Shown: positions 1 to 12,908 of the stretch, in pieces
Layout: each line of letters starts with the position of its first letter
How positions within the stretch are numbered: position 1 is the stretch's first letter
From: Octopus vulgaris
Lineage: Eukaryota
Direction of reading: 5' to 3'
NCBI GenBank assembly: GCA_951406725.2
Contig: OX597835.1
Location: 1,116,001-1,180,000, forward strand
Length of the DNA stretch: 64,000 nucleotides
The notes under the pieces: generated by a model
What the model saw: the letters and a program-made list of their open reading frames with translations, nothing else
Database searches by the model: none
What the model was told of the DNA's origin: nothing
Translations under genes and position numbers: made by a program

Positions 1-456
1 TTTAAATCTTACGTTGTGAGATTCATAAGGCAGTAAGCCTCAGTGAGTGGAATTGGTTTGTGACAGTTCCTTCTGCTTCTGGTGATTTTGTGCATTTGAG
101 GCTTTCCTGGAATTTCTGAGGCCATGTGTTTTTGGTCCAGCCTCGCCCCATTTTCTTTCTTCCAGTGTCTACATCATTACAGTTTTTGTCTGTTGAAGGA
201 TTTGCAGATGGCAAAATATGACTTGCCAGGAGATACCAATGCAATGCCATGATGTTTTACAGCAGCTGAGATTTACTTTGCAATAGAATTTCTTCATTTG
301 TGATTCTGCATTGCTAAATGACTTTAAGGATCTTTCATAGACATCATTACTGGAATGTTTTTGAAATCCCTTATAGATGGAGGATTGTTAGTTATTGTAA
401 GGGTTTTTACAAAACTGGGTTACTAACCTGATACCACCTTTCTCCATTTTCAACTA

Positions 457-805
457 GTAAAGGTGCATGGCTCAGTGGTTAGAGCATTGAGTTCACAATC
501 ATGAGGTAGTGGGTTCAATCCTTGGACCAGGGTGTGTATTGTGTTCTTGAGCAAGACACTTTATTTCACGTTGCTCCAGTTCATTCAGCTGTAGAAATGA
601 GTTGTGGCATCACTGGTGCCAAGCTGTATCAGCCTTTGCCTCTCCCTTGGATAACATCAGTGGCATGGAGAGGGGAGGCTGGTATGCATGGGTGACTGCT
701 GCCTTCCATAAGTAACCTTGCCCAGACTTGTTCCTTGGAGAGTAACTTTCCAGGTGAAGTCCCATAGTCATTCATAACCAAAGGAGTTTTTTTTTACCCT
801 TTTAC
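457..805 (+). mobile_element. tRNA-derived SINE (family B), full length
   Basis: A box TGGCTCAGTGG and B box GGTTCAATCC; (TTTACCC)-like tail; 13-bp direct repeat CCATTTTCAACTA at 444-456 and 806-818 (TSD); homologous copies at 36069-36412, 46675-46902 and 23146-23257. Confidence 0.85.
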
Positions 806-1047
806 CCATTTTCAACTATGTTTGGGACCATCTATGACTGAGTTCAGCCAGTTACTAATGAATAAATGATGGAAATGCTAAATGAATATACAGCGATTAA
901 TATTTTTGGATGTGTAAAGGAGAGTTTTGAGGTACCTGTTGCATAATGAATTATAGTTAATTAGATGAATAATTAGGTTATTAAAATCCTTAGACTAGGA
1001 TCAGATATGTGGCGAAAGGATTTTACTCATTGGTTGATATTTTATAT

Positions 1048-1300
1048 CATCATCATCATCATCGTTTAGCGTCCGTTTTCCGTGCTAGCACGGGTTGTAT
1101 GGTTCGACTGGGGTCTGGGAAGCCAGGAGGCTACTAGGCTCCAGTCTGATCTGGCAGTGTTTCTACAGCTGGATGCCCTTCCTAATGCCAACCACTCCAT
1201 GAGTGTAGTGGGTGCTTTTTATGTGTCACCGGCACAGAAGCCAGTCAAGGCGGCGCTGGCATCGGCCACGTTTGGATGGTGCTTTTTACGTGCCACCGGC
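1048..1300 (-). mobile_element. 3' UTR and tail of RTE-clade LINE (or an RTE-tailed SINE)
   Basis: Reverse complement matches 53240-53493 (GGTGGCACGTAAAAAGCACC...GGAAAACGGACGCTAAACGATGATGATG); (GAT)n tail. Confidence 0.8.
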
Positions 1301-1737
1301 TTCAATGTATACATATTTTGTGGGAATACTGTTGTTGGGTACAGGTTTCCATTGGGTCTATCCCATTTGCCCTTTAACATTCTCAAGAAATGAACGAATG
1401 CTGCAAAATCCTTTGACCTTTTAGAAACATCTGAGAATAACAAACTTTCCTGATTACCTTCTGTCTTGTGATGGGAAATCAATATTTTGTCTGTCTAAGG
1501 TAAATGATGAAGCTGCTTTCTCTTGCCTTAAAATAAAAACAGAGATTCTGTGAAACATTGTTTTTTTTTTCAAGAATAATTTTTAAAAAAGCATTGAATT
1601 TGTGTGTGTGTGTGTGTGCTGGAGTGGTATGTATATTTTGTATATGTGTTTATGTGTCTATGCCAATTGTTTGTATACACATGTCAAAAGCAAGTGATGA
1701 CCTTGCTCACATAGCAGATTCTATAAGAAAATAAAGC

Positions 1738-2270
1738 ATCTTGTGAGAAAAGTTGGACATAAGAAGCAATAGATGTGGTGTGCAAGAGAGGCGACTGCAT
1801 TAGTATGGTCATGTGATACATATGGACAGGGACAGCTTTGTAATGAAGTGTCGCTCTCTAACTGTGGAGGAACCTATGGAAGAGGTAGTCCCAGGAAGGC
1901 ATAGGATGAGGTGGTGAAGCATGATCTGTGAATGTTGGGCCTCATGGAGGTGATGACAAGTGATTGAGAGTTCTGGCGATCTGCTGTGCAGGAGAGGACT
2001 TGTCAGGCCAAGCGAAATCGTAGCTGTGGTGTTGCTGGTGCCATGTAAATGACACCTGTACATCGTAGTCGTTGATGTTACCATGTAAATGGCACCTGTG
2101 AATTGTCGTGATTGATGCCGGTGCCATGTAAATAACACCTGTGCATTGTAGTCTAGGTCATCAATGGTGCCATGAAAATTGGCACCTTGGGAATTGTTAG
2201 GGTTGCTGCCAGTGCCATGTAAATGACACCCACACATGAATCGCGGTCGTTGCCTATGTCATGTAAATAG
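1738..2270 (+). mobile_element. RTE-clade LINE, end of ORF plus 3' UTR with hairpin repeat array (degenerate)
   Basis: Joined frames give EKLDIRSNRCGVQERRLH*YGHVIHMD...GRGSPRKA*DEVVKHDL...FWRSAV, the RTE C-terminal pattern (RRLRWYGHV, GRGRPRKTW); stops present. Confidence 0.75.
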
Positions 2271-2754
2271 AATTTTTTCTATTTCTATAAATAGAAAAAA
2301 TTCTTGTTTGTCTCCATTGAACCAAATAAGATCCCCCCCCCCCATTGATAAATCTAAATAACAAAGTGAACTCAGTAATAAAAAAAATCTACAGATGGAG
2401 AAGGACCTTCTACCATCATGTTCTTAATGATGATATTAACCCCTCTGTCTATATATCTACCCTCTTTGTAATGTTGGCAAAGGAAATAAGTATAAAAATG
2501 AGCATTGTCCATTTAATAAAAAAATTCTATATGTGGCTGAAGATTGTTTTACATTTTAAAACTGATGTAATACTTACATTGTTTAATTAAATGAAGTAGC
2601 ATGAAACAATTGTACTACACTACCTTGGATATCCTTGTTGCTTATTTTGATTATAATCACCCCATTTGATTTATATGGATAATACCATATCAAATTCTGG
2701 TGCCTTTAAATTAAGTACCATATTCATCTGAATCTAAATTTTGCTATATATATA

Positions 2755-2802
<48 letters not shown>

Positions 2803-2805
<3 letters not shown>

Positions 2806-3111
2806 TAACTTCAGGCCGACCAAAGCCTTGTGAGTGGATTTCATTCACAGAAATTGAAAGAAGACTGTCGTATATATGTGGTGTATATTTGCTTGACAAC
2901 CGATGTTGCTGTGTTTACATTCGAAAACTTGGTGGTTTGGCAAAAGATACTGATAGAGTAAGTACTAGGCTCACAAAGAATAAATCCTGTGGTCGATTTG
3001 TTCGACCCACTTCAATGCTCCAGCATGGCTGCAGTCACATGACTGAAACAAGTAAAACAATAAAAAAAACTATGCCATTTTAACCCTGGGCAGGGCCGGG
3101 TATCTCTGCTA

Positions 3112-3112
<1 letters not shown>
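2803..3112 (+). mobile_element. SINE family A body and tail fused to a Helitron-like 3' terminus
   Basis: SINE body GACCAAAGCCTTGTGAGTGG...CAGCATGGCTGCAGTCACATGACTGAAAC, then GC-rich hairpin at 3084-3100 and CTAG|T at 3109-3113; same junction at 45744-45876. Confidence 0.6.
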
Positions 3113-3155
<43 letters not shown>

Positions 3156-3157
<2 letters not shown>

Positions 3158-3325
3158 TTTGTATCTTTTATCTTTTGCTTGTTTGAGTCATTAGACTGTG
3201 GCCATGTTGGGGCACTGCCTTGAAGTACATTTTATTTTTTTAAGCCTGGTACATATTCTATAGATCTCTTTTGCCTAACTGGTAAGTTATGGGGATGTAA
3301 ACACGCCAACAGTGGTTGTCAAGCA
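3156..3325 (-). mobile_element. SINE family A, 3' half
   Basis: Reverse complement matches the family tail (CATGGCCACAGTCTAATGACT...AAAAGATAAAAGATA), also seen at 52080-52297 and 28787-28931. Confidence 0.7.
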
Positions 3326-4103
3326 GGGGCAATGGGCATCTCACGTTATTGGCATGTATGCACTATCTTTTCCCTCCATCTTGAACTTCCTTGCTTCAGT
3401 CAGCAGCGGTCAGAGGGACAAATTGTTTTACTTGGGACTATTTTTCAGTCTTTGACAGATTTGATTTCTATTGAGTCAATTGTTACCATGGCTGCTGCTT
3501 CTAGCTCAGCATCCACTTCGTTGGTTGCTTTGTCTTCTACAAGTTTATATTTGTCTGTTGATACTTTCTTCTTCTGCCTCCTGATTTCCTCTCTCCATCC
3601 GTCATCGTCATCGTCTCCATCCGTCATCGTCTCTACTTCTACCTTTCAGCAATTGTTTCCTTTTTCTCTTTTTTTTCTGAAAATCTTTCTGGTTTTCATT
3701 CTAACCTTTCCTTCGGTTCTTCTTTTTTATTTGCCAATAGGTTTTTCTATTTTCTTTTTTTCTTTTTGCTATCTTTTCTTTCTTTTGCTTTGCTTCCTCT
3801 TTTTTCATTGATATTTTGTTTTTTTAATATATTACATTTTATAACAACATTTAAATACAAAGAAATGAGGGAAAGAAGAGAAATAAAAAAGAAAGAAAAG
3901 GTAAAAAGGTAAAAAAGGGAAGGGCAAGCAGTGGAAGGTGGAGGGGAGGGTTGAAGGGCCAGAAATGCAAGAACAAGTGGGGTTCTCAGCTGCACCCCTT
4001 GGTAATGGTCGCAAGGGTGTTTTCTCTGTGCTTTTTACATTTGTTTTTTTGCTCTCCCCCTTTTATTTTATATATATTTCTAAACCTTTCTTTTTCTATC
4101 CCT

Positions 4104-4320
4104 TATTTCTTTATTGCCCACAAGGGGCTAAACGTAGAGGGGACAAACGGATTAAGTTGATTACATCGACCCCAGTGCATAACTGGGACTTAATTTATCG
4201 ACCCTGAAAGGATGAAAGGCAAAGTCGACCTTGTCGGAATTTGAACTCAGAACATAACGGCAGACGAAATACCGCTAAGCATTTCGCCCGGCGTGCTAAC
4301 GTTTCTGCCAGCTCACCGCC
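4104..4320 (-). mobile_element. tRNA-derived SINE family C with Meta-domain-like core
   Basis: Head GGCGGTGAGCTGGCAGAA...GAGTTCAAATTC; core GACTTTGCCTTTCATCCTTTCAGGGTCGATAAATTAAGT; 16-bp TSD TTCTTTTTCTATCCCT at 4088-4103 and 4321-4336. Confidence 0.85.
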
Positions 4321-4479
4321 TTCTTTTTCTATCCCTGTCTTTCTATATCGAACCTTGTCTGTTTTTTTGTAGGGTCTGATATTCAGGGGTTATTTACAGG
4401 ATTACCTCTAATATTAATAATACTCTCTGGGTATTGTACCTTCCCTGTCCTATTCTGTACATATACTATTTTATCCTTA

Positions 4480-4800
4480 TATCCTGCCCTAGCTAGTACT
4501 GGGTTGTAATATTTAGCATGCATGTTATCCTTGGATAGTCTGGATATTGTTTGGAACCCTTCTCAGGACACTTTGCAGTTTATGTTCTGGATGGTTAGAT
4601 CTGCAGCTCACATATTTTAAGTTTTCATTTTGCTTATGGAACAGTTTGAACTTTCTGTTGTTGAGGCCAAGCTTTACATCCATGAATTTTACAACTTTAT
4701 GATTTTTTTCTATTTCTATTTCCAATCCAAAGAATTCCTAAAGAATTAAAAAAGTTTTTCTGACATTTTTCTATTTCTGTGTTACTACTGTAAGCTTCCC
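4480..4800 (-). mobile_element. Penelope-like element reverse transcriptase fragment
   Basis: ORF 4525-4725 VVKFMDVKLGLNNRKFKLFHKQNENLKYVSCRSNHP fits the PLE RT C-terminal pattern (VNFLDV...Y.KP....Y....SNHP). Confidence 0.7.
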
Positions 4801-5059
4801 TGTCCTATTTGCTCACATTTACCAATGGTTTCCCCAATTGTGCTGATGAGCCCTTTTCTACCATTAAAAAAACTGTTGACCTACACACACATGCACAAAT
4901 ACACTTACTGGTTTCAGTCATTCGGGCACTTCTTGCAAGTGTTTAGTTGATTATATGGATCCCAGTATGTAGTATGAGGTGGTATCAGAATGTTCTTGGG
5001 CTAGTTCTGTTGCACACCAACAGATGGCAGCACATGGTTGCATGCCCAGTGAGAGCTGG

Positions 5060-5330
5060 CAGTGACCTTCATGAGGCGGTGTGCTGAGTGGCATCACTTG
5101 GTTTACTTCGTGAGTTGTGAAATTTGTGTTTTTGTGGATCCTGTGTCTGCTGTAGCCTGCGATTTTGTCATGGGCAGGAAGCTGGAACAAAAAGCCAATG
5201 TGAAATTCTGCGCTAAAGTTTGGAAATCTACTACAGAGACATTGGACATGTTTTGGCAAGGTTACAGCAATGAAACAGCAGTCATCACAATGGAAGAGGC
5301 CTTCATCTCCGTCACCAAAGAAGGCAACTC
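5060..5330 (+). mobile_element. Tc1/mariner transposase remnant, internally deleted
   Basis: MGRKLEQKANVKFCAKVWKSTTETLDMFWQGYS resembles the mariner HTH (EQRxxIKFCxKLGKSATET); followed by QWKRPSSPSPKKA. Confidence 0.7.
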
Positions 5331-5334
5331 AATT

Positions 5335-5640
5335 AATACAATGCTGAATTTTCCTCATTGGAAAATATCAGCTTCCCTGATAAGTAACCTTCTCAACATA
5401 CTCGATTTCAACTTGTCTGCGGTTGACAAGTTATGCTTGGGTGCCACCAGATGACATAGCTTTGGTTTTCTCAGCTTTACTTCTACCCACAAACTGAATA
5501 GGCCATCTGTCATGGCCTGTAGCATATCTCTATCTATGGGTTAAGTAATGCCAACTTGCCTGCAAAATCCAAATTTGTCAGTCTGTCCAGTCAACCACAT
5601 TATTCCAGAACTGGTGCTGGTCATTGCTTTCTGCAATGTG
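5335..5640 (-). mobile_element. RTE-clade RT fragment (degenerate)
   Basis: Minus-strand pieces GIMW, LDFAGKLALL (from LDFADDLALL), EKTKAM and EIEYVEKVTYQGS. Confidence 0.55.
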
Positions 5641-6008
5641 TATAGTCTTGTGCTAGTGTTTGTTCATTGCTTGACTCTCTCATGTTTTTCATTAGTCATG
5701 GATATTATTTCTGTGGTGTGTTGTAGGTGGGGGTCAGGGTGTTGTTATTTGTTTGTGGTTTGTTGGTGACTTGGTGGTGGCCATCTGAGTTTGTTTATAT
5801 TTAGTTTTGGTTCATTGTATTATTTGTCTGTGTGTGTGTGTGTAAGGTTTATTTAATTGAATATTTTGAACGAGTTTATTTGAAAAAATAAAGGGGTTAC
5901 TCTATTTCTAGTGAATGGTGCTTTTCATTGCAGGTGGGAAAATTGTTTGGTGAGAAAACTCACGAAACAATCTATTTTTTATGGGATTGTTTTGGACAAA
6001 TAATTCTT

Positions 6009-6039
<31 letters not shown>

Positions 6040-7045
6040 TTGTATTTCTTTAGAAATGATATTTCCTCAGAGAAATATATGATTGGATGGGTGAGTGTGT
6101 GCATGTAGCTAGTTGTGGTATTGTCTAGATCTGAAGAAGTGATATAGGAAGCTAGTATAGATAGCGAAAGGTGTACAATATATGATAAAGATAGTTTAAT
6201 AACCAAAGTGTATTGTACACTTTGTCTCATATTGAAATCAATGGAGATTTCAATAAGCTGACAGTCACTCTACAACTTATGGTTTAACAACTTGCTAAAT
6301 ATGTGAACAAAAATCCCCAAATGTAAGGAATGGAAAAGGCAAATGAAGACTTTATATGTTGCATAGCTAAACATTGTTTGATTACCTTTGAGTTGTTTGT
6401 ATAAATCATTGAACAAAGACAAGTCAATGATTCAACAATTCAGCCACAGTCTGAATCAAATGACCAATGAGATCGGTTGTTAGTTGGCAAGTAGCCATAA
6501 AAGGCAAAAGGGTGGGTGTTTTTACGGATGGTGGTTTACCAAAGGTGAAAAAGGCTATGTAGTAGGGAGGGGGGAGGTGGGGGAGGCCAAAATAGAACGA
6601 GGGATAAGAGAGTCTGGAGGTGGGTGGGTGGGGGCAATAAAATCATTAAGTTTGGCCTGGAAGAGATAATAAGAAGATATTCAAAATTGAGTGAACATTA
6701 AGCTGCAGTGATAAAGTGCAACGGCTAAGATTGGTAATTTATAGAAACACTCTGAACAAAAGAGTACTAAAGATGATAGGAATAGAACTGCTGGAAAAAG
6801 TATAAAAAGATTTAAAAAAACAATGAAAAATAACGCATAGGAAAATAAGACAAGATTGAAAATTATGGCAGTGGAAATAATAATGTAAAAAATGTTTCAG
6901 GTGGATGAGGGGGGAGAAGATAAAATGGTAGGCAGGACAAATATATAAGAATTTGGGTACTACATTTAAAATTCATGAAGTTGACTTTCAAATGCATAAG
7001 TATATATGTGTATATATATATATATATTAATTACATACACAAGTA

Positions 7046-7097
<52 letters not shown>

Positions 7098-7118
7098 TTA
7101 CATACACAAGTATATTTA

Positions 7119-7153
<35 letters not shown>

Positions 7154-7189
7154 TTAAAAATCAGTCATGTGGGTAAGAAAGAAAAATGG

Positions 7190-8460
7190 ATGATTGCATG
7201 TGTGTCCCGATTACAAAGTTCACCTAAATAAAAAAATATGCATGGAAGCTTATCCTTTGCCACAAATAGAACCATGTTCAGCAAACTTAGTGGTGCAAGA
7301 TTCTTTGCTAAGATTGACCTCATTGACTCGTATTGGCACATTGAGCTTGAGGAAAATGGTCAGAAGCTCTGCGCCATCAATATTACAAGAGGGGTATTCC
7401 TTGGTGACATGATTACAGATGGGGATAAAAAATAGTTCTGCAATTTTTCCACATGATGTAGAGAATGTGGTGTTGAATGGAATAAAACATTTCATCACCT
7501 ACCAAAATGATAAAATCGTTTTTGCTAAGATGGAAGGGAGCCTGAATAAACATTTAAATGCCATCGTCAGAAGATTACACGAGAAACAAGTCAATGTCAA
7601 CAAAGAAAAGTGCCGTTCAAAAGACTACGAACATCACACTTTTAGGCTGCGTAAAATCATCAGAAGGAATTAAACCCGCAAAAGAACTCACAGAATCAGG
7701 GCATTAAATCAGCCAAAAACCACCGGGGAACTGGGATCCTTTCTTGGACTAATCAGGTACTTTGGACAATTCATTTCAAATTTCGGTGAGGAAACAAATA
7801 GCATGCAGAAACTAACTGCTGCCGATGATTTTATGAGTTATGCAAAGGACCAGTGGTGAAGCCATTTGATTCTAAATTACTTACTGAACTGATAACAGAT
7901 GCATCAATGAACAACATTGTGGTAATACTTTCACAAAATGGTCACCCTGTTCTATATGTGTCAAGAAAATTGATACCTGCTCAGTCTAATTGGTCATATA
8001 TCAAACACGAAGCATTTGTCATTGTATGGGTTCTTACTCGTCTCAAACAATTCTTGTTAGGTAAAAAGTTCAAACTCAATATAGATCATAGACCTTTAAA
8101 ATATATCTTCTACCCAAAAATGCCGATCCCTATGAATGTTTCTGCTAGAATCGAGCAGTGGATTATTCAGTTGATGGCATTTGATTTTGATATATCGCAT
8201 ATCTCTGGCTCTAAAATTCCTCATGTTGAGATAGTAAGTAGATGTCTTTGCAGTTGAGCAAGGGAGTGACATTCCATTTGGAGCCACATACGTCGATTGT
8301 GTGAAAAATATTACCGAATACAATAGACACATTCGGCAGATCAAATGCATGGTCAGATCTGGAAAATGGACTTTATGAAACAAGTGCGACCTCCCTTTCA
8401 AATACATGTGTGATAAACTAACAATAGAAGACAGAATTCTATATTTGTCAATGAGAATGT
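7190..8460 (+). mobile_element. Ty3/gypsy LTR retrotransposon pol remnant (RT and RNase H), frameshifted
   Basis: CPDYKVHLNK..AYPLPQIE; LSGARFFAKIDLIDSYWHI; GIKNSSAIF; TYQNDKIVF (decayed YxDD); LITDAS..HPVLYVSRKL..EAFVIVW..FLLGKKFKLNIDHRPL; no LTRs seen. Confidence 0.9.
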
Positions 8461-8829
8461 TTGTTCTCTACCAACTACGTGACAGTAATGACACACAGCT
8501 AATTAGCAGGCATTGTATCTGATACCCTAATGGTTCTGTTAATTCATTTTAAAAGAAATTTGGCTGTTACTTCTAGCAAATTGACAACCACATAGAGGCA
8601 CCGCTCATTGGCTGGCATTCTGTTGTTGCTGTTTAACCCCTGGTCAGCTCTGATCAAGCAGGGAAAAAGATCAGAGAAGCTTCAGCTGTTACTATTCTGT
8701 CTTTTACCTTTGTACAAAGGAAATATGAACCAGATTATGCAATGTCTATTTTTTTGATACAGCAGGATGTGTGTGTTTACTTTTTAAGATTTATTTATGT
8801 TTGACTTTCACCCTTTCTGTTTTCTACTG

Positions 8830-9290
8830 AAGAATACTTTTATCACTCTAGCTTTGCTCACATCACCAATCTATGTGATGTCATTAATTCATAGATATTT
8901 ATAGCATTCATCGCTGGAGATGTGGGAAACAGTTCATATTCTCTGCCTGGTTGATAATCTTTCCTCATTTGACTAACAAATACAAACACTTATCTTAATC
9001 ACTATATCCCATGAGAATGTATCCCATGGGACTGTATCCCATGAGAATGTTATAACCAGCTTTAGCTGTCTCTTGGCATCATAGATGTTACCTAAGTGCA
9101 GCCTGAGGTTATCAACAAAAAAGGCAAGGGTGACATTAATTTTGCTCTCCCCTGCACATCCCACCATTCAACCTTTGCATTTGCCAAGATGAAAGACATT
9201 CTACACAAGTTGTCACCTTGAAATATTCCTGTTGACAAACTAATTTAGTTAGTGTCTACTGAAGCGGCTGCTGTGATTATTAGATAGCTC
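8830..9290 (+). mobile_element. Possible hAT (Charlie/Buster-like) transposase remnant
   Basis: NIPVDKLI..VSTEAAAVI resembles the hAT K.L.SV.TDGA.AM motif; very decayed. Confidence 0.3.
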
Positions 9291-10449
9291 TGTGGACAAG
9301 CTTTTGTCAGTTTTTCAATGGCATTAACTACAGTAGTTGAGACTTTGTAAGGCATAATGACTGTAATGTCCACGAGTGGGGAACGGCCAGATGTCTTCTT
9401 TACGGTCAACAGGTTTCAGTGATGCTGTTTTGCTTCCTCCAGGACAGCTTTATCGAAAGGAGCTGTTTGCTGCAGCTTCAGACATCTTTCTTCCTGCCTG
9501 TTTGTCAGCCACTGCACTGTGTGCTTAAGCAACCCATCTACAATTTATGCATGGAATTCATCGGAATCTGTCCCTTGCCATTCCCGCTCAATGGCTTAAA
9601 CCTATGGATGCTAACAACATAACTGTATCAAATCCGAGCCAAGCAGTTCATTTAACGAAATACCTCTTTATAAAATCCTGACTCCGGACAGCAACAGGTG
9701 TGAAATAAAGGTCAACCACAAAAGCTTACAAACAGATCAGATTTCAGTTTCCAAACATCCTCCTACTACTTCCCCTTGAACCCTAACTAACAAACAACTA
9801 ACTGTATTCAGTTCACTTCGAAACTAGCCAAAAGGCCATACCCCAAAGAAGCTGCACAGAAAATCATGCCTGGTTGCATGTGCAACTGCCCAAACTCTGT
9901 GCAGTGGAAACACATGTAGGGCATAACACCATGAAAATATGCTGTATGAAATTGTAAAATAAGATGAAATAAATTTTGAGGATGAACACGTTTCCATATT
10001 CTATATTGTTATAATTTTTATTACTAATATACACACCAGATACTATTACCATCCAGGGAAGTGAATATGGAATTACCCATTAGAGGAATTTACAGCATAA
10101 TTGACAACTAATTGTAGTGACAGATGTTAAATACTAATTGATGCAGTTAGCTGTAACCTGGAACATGGTTGAGAGCCACTACATGTGTGTATAGTGTTGA
10201 TAGCCCAGAACTTTGGTTGTGTGTTTGTCTGGAAATACCCTATCCGTATACTCTACCAAGACCTAAAATGCATATCTATATACATGTGTGTGTGTGTAAT
10301 ACCATATTCAGCACATTTGAGTACACACAATCAGATGATACAAACATGTGTGTGTGTGGTAGGGTCTCACAGAGATAATGAGTTAAACTAAGATTATCAA
10401 TGCAATGAATAAACAAAAACTCACTCAAGTGGTCTTTAATACAAAAACG

Positions 10450-12862
10450 AAAAAAATGATGATACAAGCATGAGTGATAACTGCAAGAAGGTCGGCTGAT
10501 TGAATTTGTTGGAAGATATAAACGATGCACGAGCAGTAGGTTTGTTTTTATGACCATCTGGTGAAAGCAAAAAGGCATCTTCCAATTCTATTTGACTCCT
10601 TTAGCAAAGTATATTCCACTCAGCTATGCTTTAGTACGCAACATATGTGCACGTTGTGCAGGGTTCTTTCATCGGTGTACTATTTAACATATGTGTAGAA
10701 TTATGTCCCAACAAACATGTGTACATGTGTGTATTCGTATTTGTTCTTGCATATATTATATATTCATTGTATGACATAATGTGTACGTGTATGTTTTGTG
10801 TATGTGTGCAGTTATGTTACAAATACATTACATGCATATGTGCATGTTAGTATGTGTGTGTGTTCTCTTATATATGTACAACATATATTTGTGTTTATGT
10901 GCACTTGAGTCCCATCGGACATAAACCCATGTATATATTTGAATATACTGTTTATTATATTATGTATCATACATGTGTACATACAAATGTATGTTTGCGT
11001 CTACAGTGCGGTTACGTCCCGACGTAGTACATGTTTATACATGTGTTTATAAATGTAGGTTTCTGCACATTTTTGCCTTTAATTAGGTTCCAACAGACAC
11101 ATGTAAAATATGTGTTGGTAAATTTTCTTCCCTACGTGTATTTATATAACGTGTAATTTCTGTGCTTCTGAAAAATACATGCATTTGCATCTCAACATCC
11201 ATGTTTATATAGGTAGGCGTATGGTGTAAATATATGTATGTATAATATATGAATGTATGAACATGTGTAAATTACTCCTACATATGTGCTCTGTGTGTGT
11301 ATGTATGTATGTATGTAAAGGGGTATATCTTTTCTTTCTTATTCCTCATTTTGCTCTGAGTCCAATCTTTTCTTATCGCTGCTTTCTCTTTTTACATTTC
11401 TTTTTATCTGAGAATAATATAATTTATAAAACGAGGTTTATCCAAACCAATTTCCTTTCCATCCCCCCCTCTTTTCCCTCTGTACACACACATCATTGAC
11501 AGGGTGTTGATATTTAAAAAAAAGGTATTAAACAATTATTGTATGCAAATTGGTTAAGTGATGCAGACACCTGACGGGAACCCCCATAAGGTTCGAAAAT
11601 CGTCTGAGGTTGTTCGTAGGTTCACGAATATAGGGTCCTATAACCTGTCGCATCGTAAAGCATGTATCCTCACTGGACTTGCTAGAAATGACAGACAAAC
11701 CTCTCTCCACTTACACCTTTCCGTCTTAAAACAAAGCAACAAGACATTATTGTATCGTAGACCCCTATATACACTTTTCATGTATTTAAAAGACGAGGGT
11801 GAGATCCTGCTCGAGTATCCTCGATTCTAGGTTTGCTCCTTTGGGGCTGATCTGGGACAAAACAACAATTGCTTCAGCCACAACAGAGGCCACCACCACT
11901 ACCACCACCGTTACTGTCTTTATCACCAACGTTACTACCTATTTACCTCTTTCGCTACCACAAATGTCTGTTATAACTTCCACTTCAAATTCTAGTGATA
12001 TCGCTACCAATAATGCTGATACTGCTCTTACTAAATAGTACTACTATTATTTTTATTACTGTCAACACTCCGCCCCCCTCCCCCGCGCACCATATTTATC
12101 TTTATCACCAACGTTACCATTTCCACACACGCCACCACCACCACCACCACACTAATAACCAATATTACCTTCGCATCTATCGCAAACCCCCAGAATGTTC
12201 GAGTTCTTCCTTATATTTTCTTCCCCTGGCATCGTCGATCGCTCAATATCCAAACCACCGATTCCATTAACTCCTCCCACCGTTTCTTATTCTTCTCATT
12301 CTCCTCTTCTCCTGCTTCACCTCCTCCCTACTCCTTCTCCTCTCGTGCTTTTTTCCCCCTTTCCTTCTTCTTTTCCTCGCTCATCTTCTTAGTGCTTCTC
12401 CCTCTTCTTTCTTCTTCTTCTTCTTCCCTTCCTCCCCTTCCTCACTGTTGCTCTCTTTTCCATTCAACCAAGGCTGCAAACCGCTTTTCGACCAGAAGAA
12501 CCAACTTCGTTTTCACGGCTCTGACAAAACGCCTGCTGTCTGTTCCATTGGTTTCCCGTAAACTTGGCCATTCTCGGGGCTGAAACCCTGTCTATGCTCT
12601 TACTCACAGTCACAAACACGCATGCAGACACCTGCAGCATGCATACTTTGTTGCGTATATAATTGTACACCAAATCTACATTCTCTTACAAACACCTCTC
12701 ACACCCCGTACACTCGCATTCGCATCCGTATGGACACTCGACACACACACACAGACGGGTCGCATCCGTAATCACACTGCATGTGTATGTTATACGCTCA
12801 TCACACACACATACAATAGACACAGACGCACATAACCACCCACCGACAAGCAAACAAAATTA

Positions 12863-12908
<46 letters not shown>

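Noticed and set aside
23-250. 75-aa minus-strand ORF as a host exon
   Set aside because: No recognisable domain or convincing splice sites
462-535. Functional tRNA gene
   Set aside because: tRNA-like SINE head that continues into a repeated body with a TSD; no clean cloverleaf
2037-2270. CRISPR array interpretation
   Set aside because: Eukaryotic context, no cas genes, units imperfect, linkers related to each other, and located in an RTE 3' UTR
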